Source: Chitinophagaceae bacterium
GTDB lineage: Bacteria; Bacteroidota; Bacteroidia; Chitinophagales; Chitinophagaceae
Assembly: GCA_004173235.1 (NCBI GenBank)
Contig: SEAC01000020.1
Coordinates: 84,678-148,677, forward strand
Length of the DNA stretch: 64,000 nt
Direction of reading: 5' to 3'
This document shows positions 1 to 8,815 of the stretch, piece by piece. The position numbers and the translations under genes were made by a program. Under the pieces are notes generated by a model. The model was not told the DNA's origin, did not search any database, and worked only from the letters and a program-made list of their open reading frames with translations. How positions within the stretch are numbered: the stretch's first letter is position 1; each line of letters starts with the position of its first letter.

Positions 1-798
1 GAGTGTGATCTCGTTCTTGGTTTGCTGGTAGAAATAATTGAGCGCGTCCACAAGGGACTGCAGGTCGTTGGAGGCGTTGATGTTCATGATCTCGTTGCGC
101 TTGGCGTCGTTGGGCGCGTGGAGCGAAAGCGCGAGCTTGAACTTCACCTTATCGTCACCGAGCTGGCGGATGGCCTTGGCCACACCGGCCGTGGAAACCG
201 TGATGCGGCGCGGGCTCATGCCGAGACCGTCGGGAGCGGTGATGCGTTCGATGGCGCGGAGCACGTTCTTGTAATTGAGCAGCGGCTCGCCCATTCCCAT
301 GAAGACGATGTTGGTGAGCTTATGTCCGTAGATGCGCTCGCTTTGCTGGTTGAGGAGAACCACTTCGTCGTAGATCTCGTCGAAGTCGATGTTGCGCTTG
401 CGGTCGATGTAGCCGGTGGCGCAAAACTTACAGGCCAGCGAGCAGCCGATCTGGGAGGATACGCAGGCCGTAAAGCGCTCCTCGGTAGGGATGAGCACAC
501 CCTCGCACAAGTGTCCCTCGTGGGTGCGGAACCGGCTTTTCACGGTGCCGTCCGAGCTTTGCTGCGTGGCGTCAATGGTGAGCACGGGGAGCGTGAAGTG
601 CTCGCCCAGTTTTTGGCGCAGCTCTTTGCTCAGGTTGGTCATGGCCGAAAACGAGTGGGCCTGCTTGGCCCAAAGCCATTCCCACACCTGTTTGGCGCGG
701 AATTTCGGCTCACCCATCACTTCGAAATACTGGGTCAGCTCGTCGAGCGAAAGCTCGCGGATGTTGCGTACGCCCTTGGAATTTGCCGTTGCGCTCAT
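1..798 (-). CDS. rlmN: 23S rRNA (adenine(2503)-C2)-methyltransferase RlmN, radical SAM (3' end runs off the window)
   Basis: Manual translation from ATG at 798 gives MSATANSKGVRNIRELSLDEL...CVSSQIGCSLACKFCATG (CxxxCxxC radical SAM motif in RlmN context). Absent from the ORF track because it has no stop in the window. Confidence 0.93.
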   Translation of the reverse strand, partial: MSATANSKGVRNIRELSLDELTQYFEVMGEPKFRAKQVWEWLWAKQAHSFSAMTNLSKELRQKLGEHFTLPVLTIDATQQSSDGTVKSRFRTHEGHLCEGVLIPTEERFTACVSSQIGCSLACKFCATGYIDRKRNIDFDEIYDEVVLLNQQSERIYGHKLTNIVFMGMGEPLLNYKNVLRAIERITAPDGLGMSPRRITVSTAGVAKAIRQLGDDKVKFKLALSLHAPNDAKRNEIMNINASNDLQSLVDALNYFYQQTKNEITL

Positions 799-802
799 GC
801 CG

Positions 803-810
803 CAAAGATA
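803..810 (-). promoter_or_regulatory. Bacteroidota sigma70 -7 element (TATCTTTG) for rlmN
   Basis: Exact TAnnTTTG match 4 nt upstream of the rlmN ATG. Confidence 0.65.
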
Positions 811-875
811 CCTTAAAGGGCGCAGGGGAGTAGCGGGGAGGTGTTATCTTGCGTTGCTTTTAACAGCGAGAACCC

Positions 876-973
876 GTTTTCGGTTTTCGGTTTATAGTTT
901 TCGATTAAATCACAGAGAATAAGTGCAGGTGTGGTTTTCCTAACTGTAAACTCAAAGCTGTAAACTCTAAACT
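876..973. repeat. Imperfect heptamer-periodic inverted repeat upstream of thiolase
   Basis: Left arm GTTTTCG GTTTTCG GTTTATA GTTTTCG; right arm TAACTG TAAACTC AAAGCTG TAAACTC TAAACT. Confidence 0.65.
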
Positions 974-980
974 TTCTTCC

Positions 981-2174
981 ATGCGTCCCGTATACGTCAT
1001 CGACTGCCTCAGAACCCCCATTGGCCGCTACGGAGGCGCGCTTTCTTCGGTGCGCCCCGACGACCTGCTGGCCCATACCATAAAAGCTTTGTTGGCCCGC
1101 AACCCGGGCGTGGACCCCGAGGCGATCGAAGATGTGATTGCAGGAGATGCGAACCAGGCGGGTGAAGACAACCGCAACGTGGCCCGCATGGCAGCGCTGC
1201 TGGCGGGATTGCCCCCAACCGTCCCCGGCAACACCGTAAACCGCCTTTGCGCTTCGGGCCTCCAGGCCATCATGGATGGCGCGCGCCAGGTAATGACCGG
1301 CGATGCAGAGCTCATCATCGCCTGCGGCGTGGAAAGCATGAGCCGCGCGCCCTTCGTAATGGCGAAGTCGACGAGCCCGTTTCAGCGCACTGCCGAAGTG
1401 GCGGACACGACGCTCGGCTGGCGTTTCGTCAACAGCAGGTTGTCTGAAATGCATTACCCCTACAGCATGGGTGAAACCGGCGAGAACGTGGCGAAGCAAT
1501 GGAGCATTTCGCGGGAAGCGCAGGACCAGTGGGCGCTGCGCTCTCAGGAGAATTATTTCGCTGCCCTCGAGGCAGGCAAGTGGGCCGATGAAGTGATTCC
1601 CGTAGAAATACAGGAAGGCAAGGAGCGGAAGATGGTAGACACCGACGAGCATCCGCGCCGTACATCACTTGAAAAACTCGCTTCGCTGAAGCCGGCGTTT
1701 GTAAAAGACGGCACCGTAACCGCTGGTAATGCCGCCGGCCTCAACGATGGTGCGGCGGCGATGCTGCTTGCTTCGGAAGAAGCCGTGCAGAAGTATGGCC
1801 TGAAGCCGATCGCGAAGGTGCTTTCGATGGCTGTTGCAGGTGTTGATCCATCCATCATGGGCATCGGCCCGGTGCCTGCTACACAGAAGGCACTGAAGCG
1901 CGCCGCTCTTTCCATTGCCAACATCGGGCTGGCCGAGCTCAACGAAGCCTTTGCCGCGCAGGTGCTGGCTTCCATCCACGACCTGCAGCTGGATCCGCAA
2001 AAGGTGAACGTCAATGGCGGCTCCATCGCCCTGGGCCATCCGCTTGGTTGCTCGGGCGTGCGCATTTCCACCACGCTGCTCCACGAAATGAAACGCCGCG
2101 GCGAAAAGTACGGCCTTGCCACCATGTGCGTTGGTGTGGGCCAAGGCGCGGCGGTCATCTACGAAAGCGTTTAG
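981..2174 (+). CDS. Acetyl-CoA C-acyltransferase (thiolase, PcaF/PaaJ-like)
   Basis: Thiolase motifs NRLCASG, NEAFAAQ, GHPLGCSG, CVGVGQG; 397 aa. Confidence 0.93.
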   Translation: MRPVYVIDCLRTPIGRYGGALSSVRPDDLLAHTIKALLARNPGVDPEAIEDVIAGDANQAGEDNRNVARMAALLAGLPPTVPGNTVNRLCASGLQAIMDGARQVMTGDAELIIACGVESMSRAPFVMAKSTSPFQRTAEVADTTLGWRFVNSRLSEMHYPYSMGETGENVAKQWSISREAQDQWALRSQENYFAALEAGKWADEVIPVEIQEGKERKMVDTDEHPRRTSLEKLASLKPAFVKDGTVTAGNAAGLNDGAAAMLLASEEAVQKYGLKPIAKVLSMAVAGVDPSIMGIGPVPATQKALKRAALSIANIGLAELNEAFAAQVLASIHDLQLDPQKVNVNGGSIALGHPLGCSGVRISTTLLHEMKRRGEKYGLATMCVGVGQGAAVIYESV

Positions 2175-2177
2175 CGA

Positions 2178-2205
2178 AAGTTGGAAGCAGGAAGTGGGAA
2201 GCCGG
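2178..2205. repeat. Heptamer tandem repeat (AAGYNGG x4) after the thiolase stop
   Basis: AAGTTGG AAGCAGG AAGTGGG AAGCCGG. Confidence 0.6.
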
Positions 2206-2232
2206 GTCTGGTTCTTGCCTAATTTTCCGATT

Positions 2233-2676
2233 ATGAAACGCTTCGCTCCCTGTTTTTTGTTCCTGCTTTTTGCCTGCAATCCCTACAAGGCCATGCGTTC
2301 CGCATCGGCGGATTTTACTTCGGCGCAAGGGCCGGCGGGCTTGTCGTTCCTGGTGCCTAAAGGCTGGAAGGGCGTGCGCAACGAAACCGACAGTGCGGGC
2401 AGGGCCGTCAGGTTTTTCGAGTATGCCGGCGGCACCGTTTTTTACGTGGCCTATGCACCCAAGGGCGGCGACATTCAGCCCATCCCGCGCGACAGCCACG
2501 TGCCCAGGCTGATGCGCACCGGCGACACGCTCTACAAGGAGCAGTCCTCGCGTACGGGCCGCGTGTGGCGTGAAGACAAGAAGGGCGCGCTTCGTGCCGG
2601 TTACATCAATGTGAGCGAAGGCAAATCGGAAGCGCTTTTCGATTCGGCGGTGAATTCAGTGCGGGCAATACGGTAA
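2233..2676 (+). CDS. Hypothetical lipoprotein
   Basis: MKRFAPCFLFLLFAC lipobox-like signal; start moved to ATG 2233 within ORF 2116..2676. Confidence 0.7.
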   Translation: MKRFAPCFLFLLFACNPYKAMRSASADFTSAQGPAGLSFLVPKGWKGVRNETDSAGRAVRFFEYAGGTVFYVAYAPKGGDIQPIPRDSHVPRLMRTGDTLYKEQSSRTGRVWREDKKGALRAGYINVSEGKSEALFDSAVNSVRAIR

Positions 2677-2801
2677 GAGAAAGAACGCAGATGCCCCCTT
2701 CGGGGTCTCGCAGATGATTAAGATTGTTATGATTTGCTGACGCACAAAAAAACCTTATCCGCGCAAATCATAAAAATCATAAAGGATCCGCGTTCTTTCT
2801 C
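2677..2801. repeat. Nonamer-periodic inverted repeat between convergent genes
   Basis: Outer arms GAGAAAGAACGCAGAT (2677-2692) and ATCCGCGTTCTTTCTC (2786-2801), 15/16 complementary; inner arms TTATGATTTGC (2727-2737) and GCAAATCATAA (2763-2773), perfect. Confidence 0.85.
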
Positions 2802-4210
2802 TTCGCCGCGAAGCGGCCGACGAGCTCGCTGAACGCAACCGTTTCCTGTTTGCCCGTTGCAAGCTCTTTTACTACCGCCGTTTGCTGTTCCACTTCGCGC
2901 GAGCCGATGATGACGGCATAGGGGATCCCTTTCTTTTCGGCATACTTGAACTGCTTGTCCATCTTCGAAGCTTCGTGGTACAGTTCACCGGAGATACCGG
3001 CGCTGCGTAGTCCGTGCAGCAACGCGTAGGCTACGCGGCTTTCCGATTCGCCGAGGTTGAAGAAGAGCGTTGTGGTAGCCTGCGTGACGGTTTCCGGGAA
3101 CAATTTCAACTCCTCCAGCACATCATAGATTCGATCGACGCCGAAGGAGATGCCCACGCCGGGCATGTCGGGAACGCCAAACAAACCGGTGAGGTCGTCG
3201 TAGCGGCCACCGCCGCCAATGGAGCCCATCTTCACGTTGGCGGGCGCCTTCACTTCGAAGATGATGCCCGTGTAGTAGTTGAGGCCGCGGGCGAGGGTGA
3301 GGTCCAAGAAGATGTTCGGGCCGGGGTCGTGAGCCGTGAGTGGTGAGCCGTCAGCGCCAGCGCCGGAAACCATCTTCGTCACGAACGCTATTTCTTCTAT
3401 GCCTTTACGGGCTGTTTCATTTTCACCGAACAAGTCTTTGATCGCATCCAGCTTTTCTTCGTTGCTGCCGGAGATGTTAAGGAAGCGTTCGATGGAGGAT
3501 ATCTGCTCTTCGTTCAAACCGCGCTGGGCCAGTTCTTCCTTCACTTTTTCGAGGCCGATCTTATCGAGCTTATCGATGGCGATGGTGATGTCCATCATCT
3601 TGTCGGCACCGCCACAGGTTTCGGCCAGCGCGGCAAGCAGCTTGCGCGAATTGATGCGCAGCTCGTAGCCTTCGAGGCCCAGTTGTAGAAATACGGTATG
3701 GTAGATCCAGCAAAGGTCCACTTCGTTGAGCAGCGAGCGCGAGCCCACCACGTCGGCATCGCATTGGTAGAATTCGCGGTAGCGGCCGCGCTGCGGCTTG
3801 TCGGCCCGCCACACCGGCTGCATCTGGTAGCGTTTGAAGGGAAAGGTCAGCTGCCCGTGGTTCATGGCAACGAAGCGGGCAAAAGGTATGGTAAGGTCGT
3901 AGCGCAGCGCGCGCTCGGTGAAGTCTTTCGTGCTTTTGCCCTGCAGCACTTTTTCAAAGGCGGCACGCGCGCTGGCTTCTTTCTCCGCGCGGTCGAGGCC
4001 GTTGTTGAGGATCTTGAAAATGAGCTTGTCGCCTTCCTCGCCATACTTGCCCATCAGCGTATCGAGGTTTTCCATTGCCGGCGTTTCGAGCGGCTGAAAG
4101 CCGTAGCGCTCAAACACGGTGCGGATCGTATTCAATATATATTGACGCTTGCGCACTACTTCGGGAGCGAAGTCGCGCGTGCCTTGTGGGAGGGATGGTT
4201 TGTTGCTCAT
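2777..4210 (-). CDS. hisS: Histidine--tRNA ligase
   Basis: PQGTRDF N-terminus, LRYDLT, WRADKPQRGRYREFYQCD, LARGLNYYTG, GGGRYD; ATG at 4210. Confidence 0.97.
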   Translation of the reverse strand: MSNKPSLPQGTRDFAPEVVRKRQYILNTIRTVFERYGFQPLETPAMENLDTLMGKYGEEGDKLIFKILNNGLDRAEKEASARAAFEKVLQGKSTKDFTERALRYDLTIPFARFVAMNHGQLTFPFKRYQMQPVWRADKPQRGRYREFYQCDADVVGSRSLLNEVDLCWIYHTVFLQLGLEGYELRINSRKLLAALAETCGGADKMMDITIAIDKLDKIGLEKVKEELAQRGLNEEQISSIERFLNISGSNEEKLDAIKDLFGENETARKGIEEIAFVTKMVSGAGADGSPLTAHDPGPNIFLDLTLARGLNYYTGIIFEVKAPANVKMGSIGGGGRYDDLTGLFGVPDMPGVGISFGVDRIYDVLEELKLFPETVTQATTTLFFNLGESESRVAYALLHGLRSAGISGELYHEASKMDKQFKYAEKKGIPYAVIIGSREVEQQTAVVKELATGKQETVAFSELVGRFAAKRKNADPL

Positions 4211-4214
4211 AATC

Positions 4215-4301
4215 AATTCAAAATTCAAAAGTAAAAAACTGGTTCTTCGTCAAATGCTGCATAGCAAGCGCTTTTGACTTTTTAATTTTGACTTTTGACT
4301 T
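4215..4301. repeat. AAAGTCA/TTTTGAC heptamer inverted-repeat element
   Basis: AATTCAAAATTCAAAAGTAAAA ... TTTTGACTTTTTAATTTTGACTTTTGACTT; right arm encodes the phosphatase C-terminus and stop. Confidence 0.9.
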
Positions 4302-4755
4302 CTCCGTATCTATTAATGACCGCACTACATGCGGCTTCTATCAAGGAGTACACATCATGGTACCCGGGCTCTTCTCCGTACCAGGGGTCGGGAACGTCTT
4401 CGTTCTTGCCCGGGTGCAGCTCGTTGAGCAGGAGGTCGACCTTGCCTGCGTTCCAGTGCCGCCCGGCGATGCGCTTCATATCCACCACCACGTCGTTGGC
4501 CATGGCGTAGATCTTATCATAGCGATGCAGGTCTTCGGCCACAAATCGGCGTGCGCGCTGCCGGCAGATGTCGACGCCATTGTGCTGCGCCACTTTCTGC
4601 GACAACCGGTGCGGCGCTTCGCCCACGTGGTAGCCGTTGGTGCCCGCGCTTTCCACCGTCCACTGCAGACCCTCCGCATCTGCCTTGTGCTGCAAAATGC
4701 CTTCCGCAAGCGGGCTGCGACAGATGTTGCCGAGGCATACCATCAGGATTTTCAT
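4282..4755 (-). CDS. Low molecular weight protein-tyrosine-phosphatase
   Basis: MKILMVCLGNICRSPLAEG P-loop and DVPDPWYG motif; ATG at 4755. Confidence 0.95.
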   Translation of the reverse strand: MKILMVCLGNICRSPLAEGILQHKADAEGLQWTVESAGTNGYHVGEAPHRLSQKVAQHNGVDICRQRARRFVAEDLHRYDKIYAMANDVVVDMKRIAGRHWNAGKVDLLLNELHPGKNEDVPDPWYGEEPGYHDVYSLIEAACSAVINRYGEVKSQN

Positions 4756-4761
4756 CGGGCG

Positions 4762-4769
4762 CAAAGGTA
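4762..4769 (-). promoter_or_regulatory. -7 element (TACCTTTG) for the LMW phosphatase/hisS unit
   Basis: Exact TAnnTTTG match 6 nt upstream of ATG 4755. Confidence 0.65.
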
Positions 4770-4810
4770 ATGGGGGAATGGGGTAATAAGGGAACTGCAT
4801 GATGTGACTT

Positions 4811-4842
4811 CCCTTCCCTTAGGGAAGGGGCAGGGGATGGGT
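4811..4842. repeat. REP-like hairpin of the family flanking DUF559 at 38.4-39.0 kb
   Basis: CCCTTCCC-TTA-GGGAAGGG-GCAGGGGATGGG has the same layout as CCCCTCTCC-TTT-GGAGAGGGG-CCGGGGGTAAGG. Confidence 0.65.
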
Positions 4843-4909
4843 CTGGCTAATGGGGTAATGGGGTATGGAATTGGATTCGCCGCCGCATCTCTTTACAAAA
4901 CCAAACGCC

Positions 4910-5707
4910 ATGAGTCCCAACGAAATTACCCGCAGCTCGCTGCTCGACCTGCTCTTCGAGCACCGCAACAAACAGTATGGTGCCTATGTGCTCCGCAAAT
5001 ATTACGGCAACCGCCTCAGTCTTTCCATCGGCATCATGCTCGGCACCGTGTTGCTCGTGCTGCTGCTGATGAACGTGTTGGCGGGCAAGCCCGAACGCGG
5101 CTTTCTGCCTCCCCAGAAAGTGATCGACATCGTGCTGGCGCAGGCGCCTGCGAAGACGCCCGACCCGGAGCCCATTAAGCCCGCCCGCCGCAGCGGCGCG
5201 CCCGTGCGCACCGACGTGTTCACTAAGCCGGTGATCACCAACGGCCCCACCAACATGCCGCCAAACGATAATTTCAATACGGCCGCCATCGGAACCGTTC
5301 GCTCGGACGGCGGCCCTGGCGACGGGCCTTCGATTCCTGCCGTTGAACCCGGCCCCCCGGCGCCCCTTCCCGCACCTATCGAGACGGCCCCGGAGCCCGA
5401 GGGCATTACCTCCGCGCCGTCGTTTCCGGGTGGTATGAAAGCGTGGACCGACTTCCTGGTGCGGCACCTCGTTCCGTCTTCGGATATGCAGCCCGGCGAA
5501 AGGCGCTCTGTGCTGGTTCGGTTCTGGGTAGATGAGGAGGGCGCCGTTGGCCGCTTCGAGATCGTGCAGTCTGCCGGCAGCGCATTCGACAACGAAGTGC
5601 TGCGCGTGCTGCGCAAGATGCCCCGCTGGAAACCCGCCCTCCAACGCGGCCGCGCCGTTGCTACTTCGTTCGTGCAGCCGGTCACTTTTCAGGCCCCTGA
5701 CGAATGA
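4910..5707 (+). CDS. tonB: Energy transducer TonB
   Basis: SLLDLLFEHRNKQYGAYVLR N-terminus, one TM helix, Pro-rich linker, TonB_C (FPGG, VRFWVDEEG, WKPALQRG); ATG 4910. Confidence 0.9.
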   Translation: MSPNEITRSSLLDLLFEHRNKQYGAYVLRKYYGNRLSLSIGIMLGTVLLVLLLMNVLAGKPERGFLPPQKVIDIVLAQAPAKTPDPEPIKPARRSGAPVRTDVFTKPVITNGPTNMPPNDNFNTAAIGTVRSDGGPGDGPSIPAVEPGPPAPLPAPIETAPEPEGITSAPSFPGGMKAWTDFLVRHLVPSSDMQPGERRSVLVRFWVDEEGAVGRFEIVQSAGSAFDNEVLRVLRKMPRWKPALQRGRAVATSFVQPVTFQAPDE

Positions 5708-5748
5708 AAATGTGCTAATTTGCCCAACCCAAATTGCCCGGAGTTATC

Positions 5749-5991
5749 ATGGTAGAGGAATACGAACAGAAAAGACGGAAACAGGTGAGCCGCATACGCT
5801 CGATAATGGACTACACGATGGGGCTGGTATTCAGCGTGCTGGGACTCCTGTTCCTATATTTCCAGATCAGCAACCGCGAGTTGCTCGGGCGCCGTCCCGA
5901 CACCTGGAACTATTTCATCGGCCTCCTTTTTCTTTGTTACGGCTGCTGGCGCATTTACCGGGGTTACAAGAAGAACTATTTCCGCGAATGA
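5749..5991 (+). CDS. Small two-TM hypothetical membrane protein
   Basis: Two hydrophobic segments, YGCWRIYRGYKKNY C-terminus; ATGA overlap with the next gene. Confidence 0.75.
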   Translation: MVEEYEQKRRKQVSRIRSIMDYTMGLVFSVLGLLFLYFQISNRELLGRRPDTWNYFIGLLFLCYGCWRIYRGYKKNYFRE

Positions 5992-6923
5992 AAAGGCTGA
6001 TGGCTAAACTGGTACGGAGCGCGCCCCTGTGGCTGCTTTGCTCGGCCCTGTTCACGGGCTGCGGCGAGAGCGGTCCCGCATTGGGGGTGCCGGCCGATAC
6101 GCCCGACAGCGGCACCATCCACATATCGGTCGACGAGTCGTTCAAGCCCGTTATCGATAGCGAGATCGCCGTGTACGAGTCGCTGCATCCCGGCACGCAC
6201 ATCATCGCCCATTACAAGCCCGAGGCCGATTGCCTGCGCGACCTGCTTACCGACTCCACGCGCTGCATCATTGCCACGCGCACCTACAGCGCGGCGGAGC
6301 GCAACATCGTCAACGACTCGCTCAAGACTGACCTGCGCTACAACGTAGTGGCCTATGACGCCATCGCGGTGATCACGCATCCGCAATCGCCCGACTCGCT
6401 TTTCAGCACCGAGGAACTGCGTGCGCTGCTTTCGGGACGATCGGCATCAAAGCTTCGCCCTGTATTTGATGGACTGAAGGCAACCAGCACCGTGCGTTTC
6501 ATCGTAGACTCCTTGCTCCAGGGAGGGAAGCTCGGATCGAACGTGACGGCGGCGGAAGGGAGCGAGGCCGTGATCGATTACGTGGCGGCCAACAAAGACG
6601 CGATCGGCTTTATCGGCGTGAGCTGGGTGGGCAACCGGCAGGACAGCTCGCAACTCAGCTACCTCAGCCGCGTGCGCGTGGCATCGCTGCAGGATGCACG
6701 CAACCCGGACAAATACGTGACGCCGGCGCAATACAACATTTACTTTAAACGTTACCCGCTGCGCCGCGATCTAGTATGCATTTTGAAGGAACGTCATATT
6801 GGCCTCGGACATGGCTTTTATAACTACCTCACGACGCAGAGCGGCCAGCTCATCTTCAACCGCGCATTTCTGATGCCGGCGCTGATGAACTTCCAGATCC
6901 GCGATGCACGCGTAAGTGATTAA
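5988..6923 (+). CDS. PstS-like substrate-binding lipoprotein
   Basis: Lipobox FTGC, GTIHISVDESFKPVID, VAYDAIAV, YPLRR; ATG 5988. Confidence 0.85.
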   Translation: MKRLMAKLVRSAPLWLLCSALFTGCGESGPALGVPADTPDSGTIHISVDESFKPVIDSEIAVYESLHPGTHIIAHYKPEADCLRDLLTDSTRCIIATRTYSAAERNIVNDSLKTDLRYNVVAYDAIAVITHPQSPDSLFSTEELRALLSGRSASKLRPVFDGLKATSTVRFIVDSLLQGGKLGSNVTAAEGSEAVIDYVAANKDAIGFIGVSWVGNRQDSSQLSYLSRVRVASLQDARNPDKYVTPAQYNIYFKRYPLRRDLVCILKERHIGLGHGFYNYLTTQSGQLIFNRAFLMPALMNFQIRDARVSD

Positions 6924-7013
6924 TAAACAGTTAGAAAGTCAACCTTAACATCTCACTGGTAAACTAAAGAATAATTTTTGCGCTCTAAATCGAATATAAA
7001 CTCAGATAGGACC

Positions 7014-8708
7014 ATGAAGAAATCTGCCCTTGTTATGTTGCTCGCCGTGTTCTTCGCCCTGGCAGGTGCCGCCCAATCCGTGCAGGAAGGGGTGAACCAC
7101 ATCTATGCCGAGCGGAACAACAGCGCGAAGGCCACGTTTGAGAAGATACTGGCCGCTAACCCCAATAACCTTGAAGCCATCTACTGGCTCGGCCAGGCAC
7201 AACTTGAGCTCGGCGCAGTTGCCGATGCCCGCATTACCTATAGCCGTGCTTTGACCACCAATGGCAATGCGCCCCTCCTGGTGGCCGGCATTGGTCACGT
7301 TTTGCTCGTTGAAGGCAAAAGCGCAGAAGCACGCCAGCAATTTGAGATGGCGCTCAACCTGAGCCGTGGCAAGAAAGGCGACGACCCGGCCGTGCTCAAC
7401 GCGGTTGGCCGCGCCAACGTGGAAACACCTTCGGGCGACGTGGCCTACGGCCTTTCGAAGCTCCAGGCTGCCTCCCAGCTGGCTCCGGCCAATGCCGACG
7501 TGCATATCAACCTCGGTAACGCTTACCGCCGTGCGCACGAAGGTGGCGAGGCCGTAAAAGCATATGGTGTGGCTGCCGCCAATGGCCAGCGTGCCGTTGC
7601 CCTCTACCGCATGGCACGCATCTACGAAACCCAGCGCAACTGGGACGTGGTAACCGAGAACCTCAACAATGCCATCGCCGCTGACCCCAAGTATGGCCCT
7701 GCCTACCTGCGTCAGTATGTATATAACCTCTTTTACAAGCAGGACTTCACCGCTGCCAACGAATGGGCGCAGAAGTATGTAGCCGTTGCCGAGCCTTCGC
7801 TCCAGAACGAGATCTTCAAGGCACAGCCGCTGTACCTGCAGAAGAAGTATTCCGAAGCGATCGCGATCGGTGACCGCATCATCCAGCAGAGCGGAAACGC
7901 CAAGATCGAGCCCACGGTTTACCGCCTGATGGCCTACTCGTACCTCGAAGGACCGAAGGACACTGCAAAAGCCCGCCAGTATGTGGACCAGCTCTTTGCT
8001 ACCGCCAAGAAGGACGAATTCGTAGCTAAAGACTATTCTCTGAAGGCTGCCATCTATTCGAAAGAAGCTCCGAATGAAGTAGTGAACGTTTATATGGATG
8101 CGATGGAAGGCGACACGACGCTGCGCAACAAGCTGCTCATCCTGCAGGAAGGCATTGACTGGGCCAAGTCCAGCGGCCGTAAAGTGGCCGAGGCCGACCT
8201 GCGCCTTGCCCAGTATCGCGTGAACCCGAACTCAAACCCTGCCAGCCTCTTCCAGGTGGGCCTGCCTTACTACCAGGGCGGTGCGTTTGCGAAGGCCGAC
8301 AGCGCGTTCCAGGCTTACAGCCGTGCTTTCCCGGACAGCCTCTACGGTTACCTGTGGAGCGCCCGTGCCCTCGCCAACATCGACACTTCGGGCAAACAGG
8401 GACTGGCTGTGCCCCAATACGAGCAGGTGCTCCGAGTGTCGGCAACCGATAAGGTGCGGTTTGCACCCTACGGCTACGAGGCGGCCACTAACCTCGCCAA
8501 CTACTATGTGAACGAGAAAGGTGACCGTGCCAAGGGAGCCGAACTCCTCCGCCAGGCCATTGCTTTCGATCCTTCCAAAGAGCCATCGCTGAAAGGAGTG
8601 ATCGAGCGGCTGGAAAAGCCCGCGGCGCCGGCCCGGCCTTCGAGGCCTTCCGGAGCCACCAAAGTGAAAACGGAAAACGACAAGACAAAGGCGAAAGTCA
8701 AAAAATAG
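7014..8708 (+). CDS. Tetratricopeptide repeat protein, exported
   Basis: Signal peptide MKKSALVMLLAVFFALAGAAQ and many TPR-like helical repeats. Confidence 0.9.
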   Translation: MKKSALVMLLAVFFALAGAAQSVQEGVNHIYAERNNSAKATFEKILAANPNNLEAIYWLGQAQLELGAVADARITYSRALTTNGNAPLLVAGIGHVLLVEGKSAEARQQFEMALNLSRGKKGDDPAVLNAVGRANVETPSGDVAYGLSKLQAASQLAPANADVHINLGNAYRRAHEGGEAVKAYGVAAANGQRAVALYRMARIYETQRNWDVVTENLNNAIAADPKYGPAYLRQYVYNLFYKQDFTAANEWAQKYVAVAEPSLQNEIFKAQPLYLQKKYSEAIAIGDRIIQQSGNAKIEPTVYRLMAYSYLEGPKDTAKARQYVDQLFATAKKDEFVAKDYSLKAAIYSKEAPNEVVNVYMDAMEGDTTLRNKLLILQEGIDWAKSSGRKVAEADLRLAQYRVNPNSNPASLFQVGLPYYQGGAFAKADSAFQAYSRAFPDSLYGYLWSARALANIDTSGKQGLAVPQYEQVLRVSATDKVRFAPYGYEAATNLANYYVNEKGDRAKGAELLRQAIAFDPSKEPSLKGVIERLEKPAAPARPSRPSGATKVKTENDKTKAKVKK

Positions 8709-8715
8709 CAAGCTG

Positions 8716-8739
8716 AAGCCCCCGGTCCGGGGGCTTTTT
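8716..8739 (+). terminator. Rho-independent terminator
   Basis: AAGCCCCCGG-T-CCGGGGGCTT followed by T tract, just after the TPR stop. Confidence 0.85.
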
Positions 8740-8789
8740 CGTGGCCCTGGCGCCGTGAAATATTAGTGCCGGGATTGATGGCGGTGCTG

Positions 8790-8797
8790 TATTTTTG
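8790..8797 (+). promoter_or_regulatory. -7 element (TATTTTTG) for the nuo operon
   Basis: TAnnTTTG match 18 nt upstream of ATG 8816. Confidence 0.55.
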
Positions 8798-8815
8798 CCG
8801 GCGATTCAAAAGCTT

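Noticed and set aside
4282-4755. LMW phosphatase as the missing ArsC
   Set aside because: The CLGNICRS and DPWYG motifs fit the protein-tyrosine phosphatase branch; it is 25 kb from the ars genes and linked to hisS.
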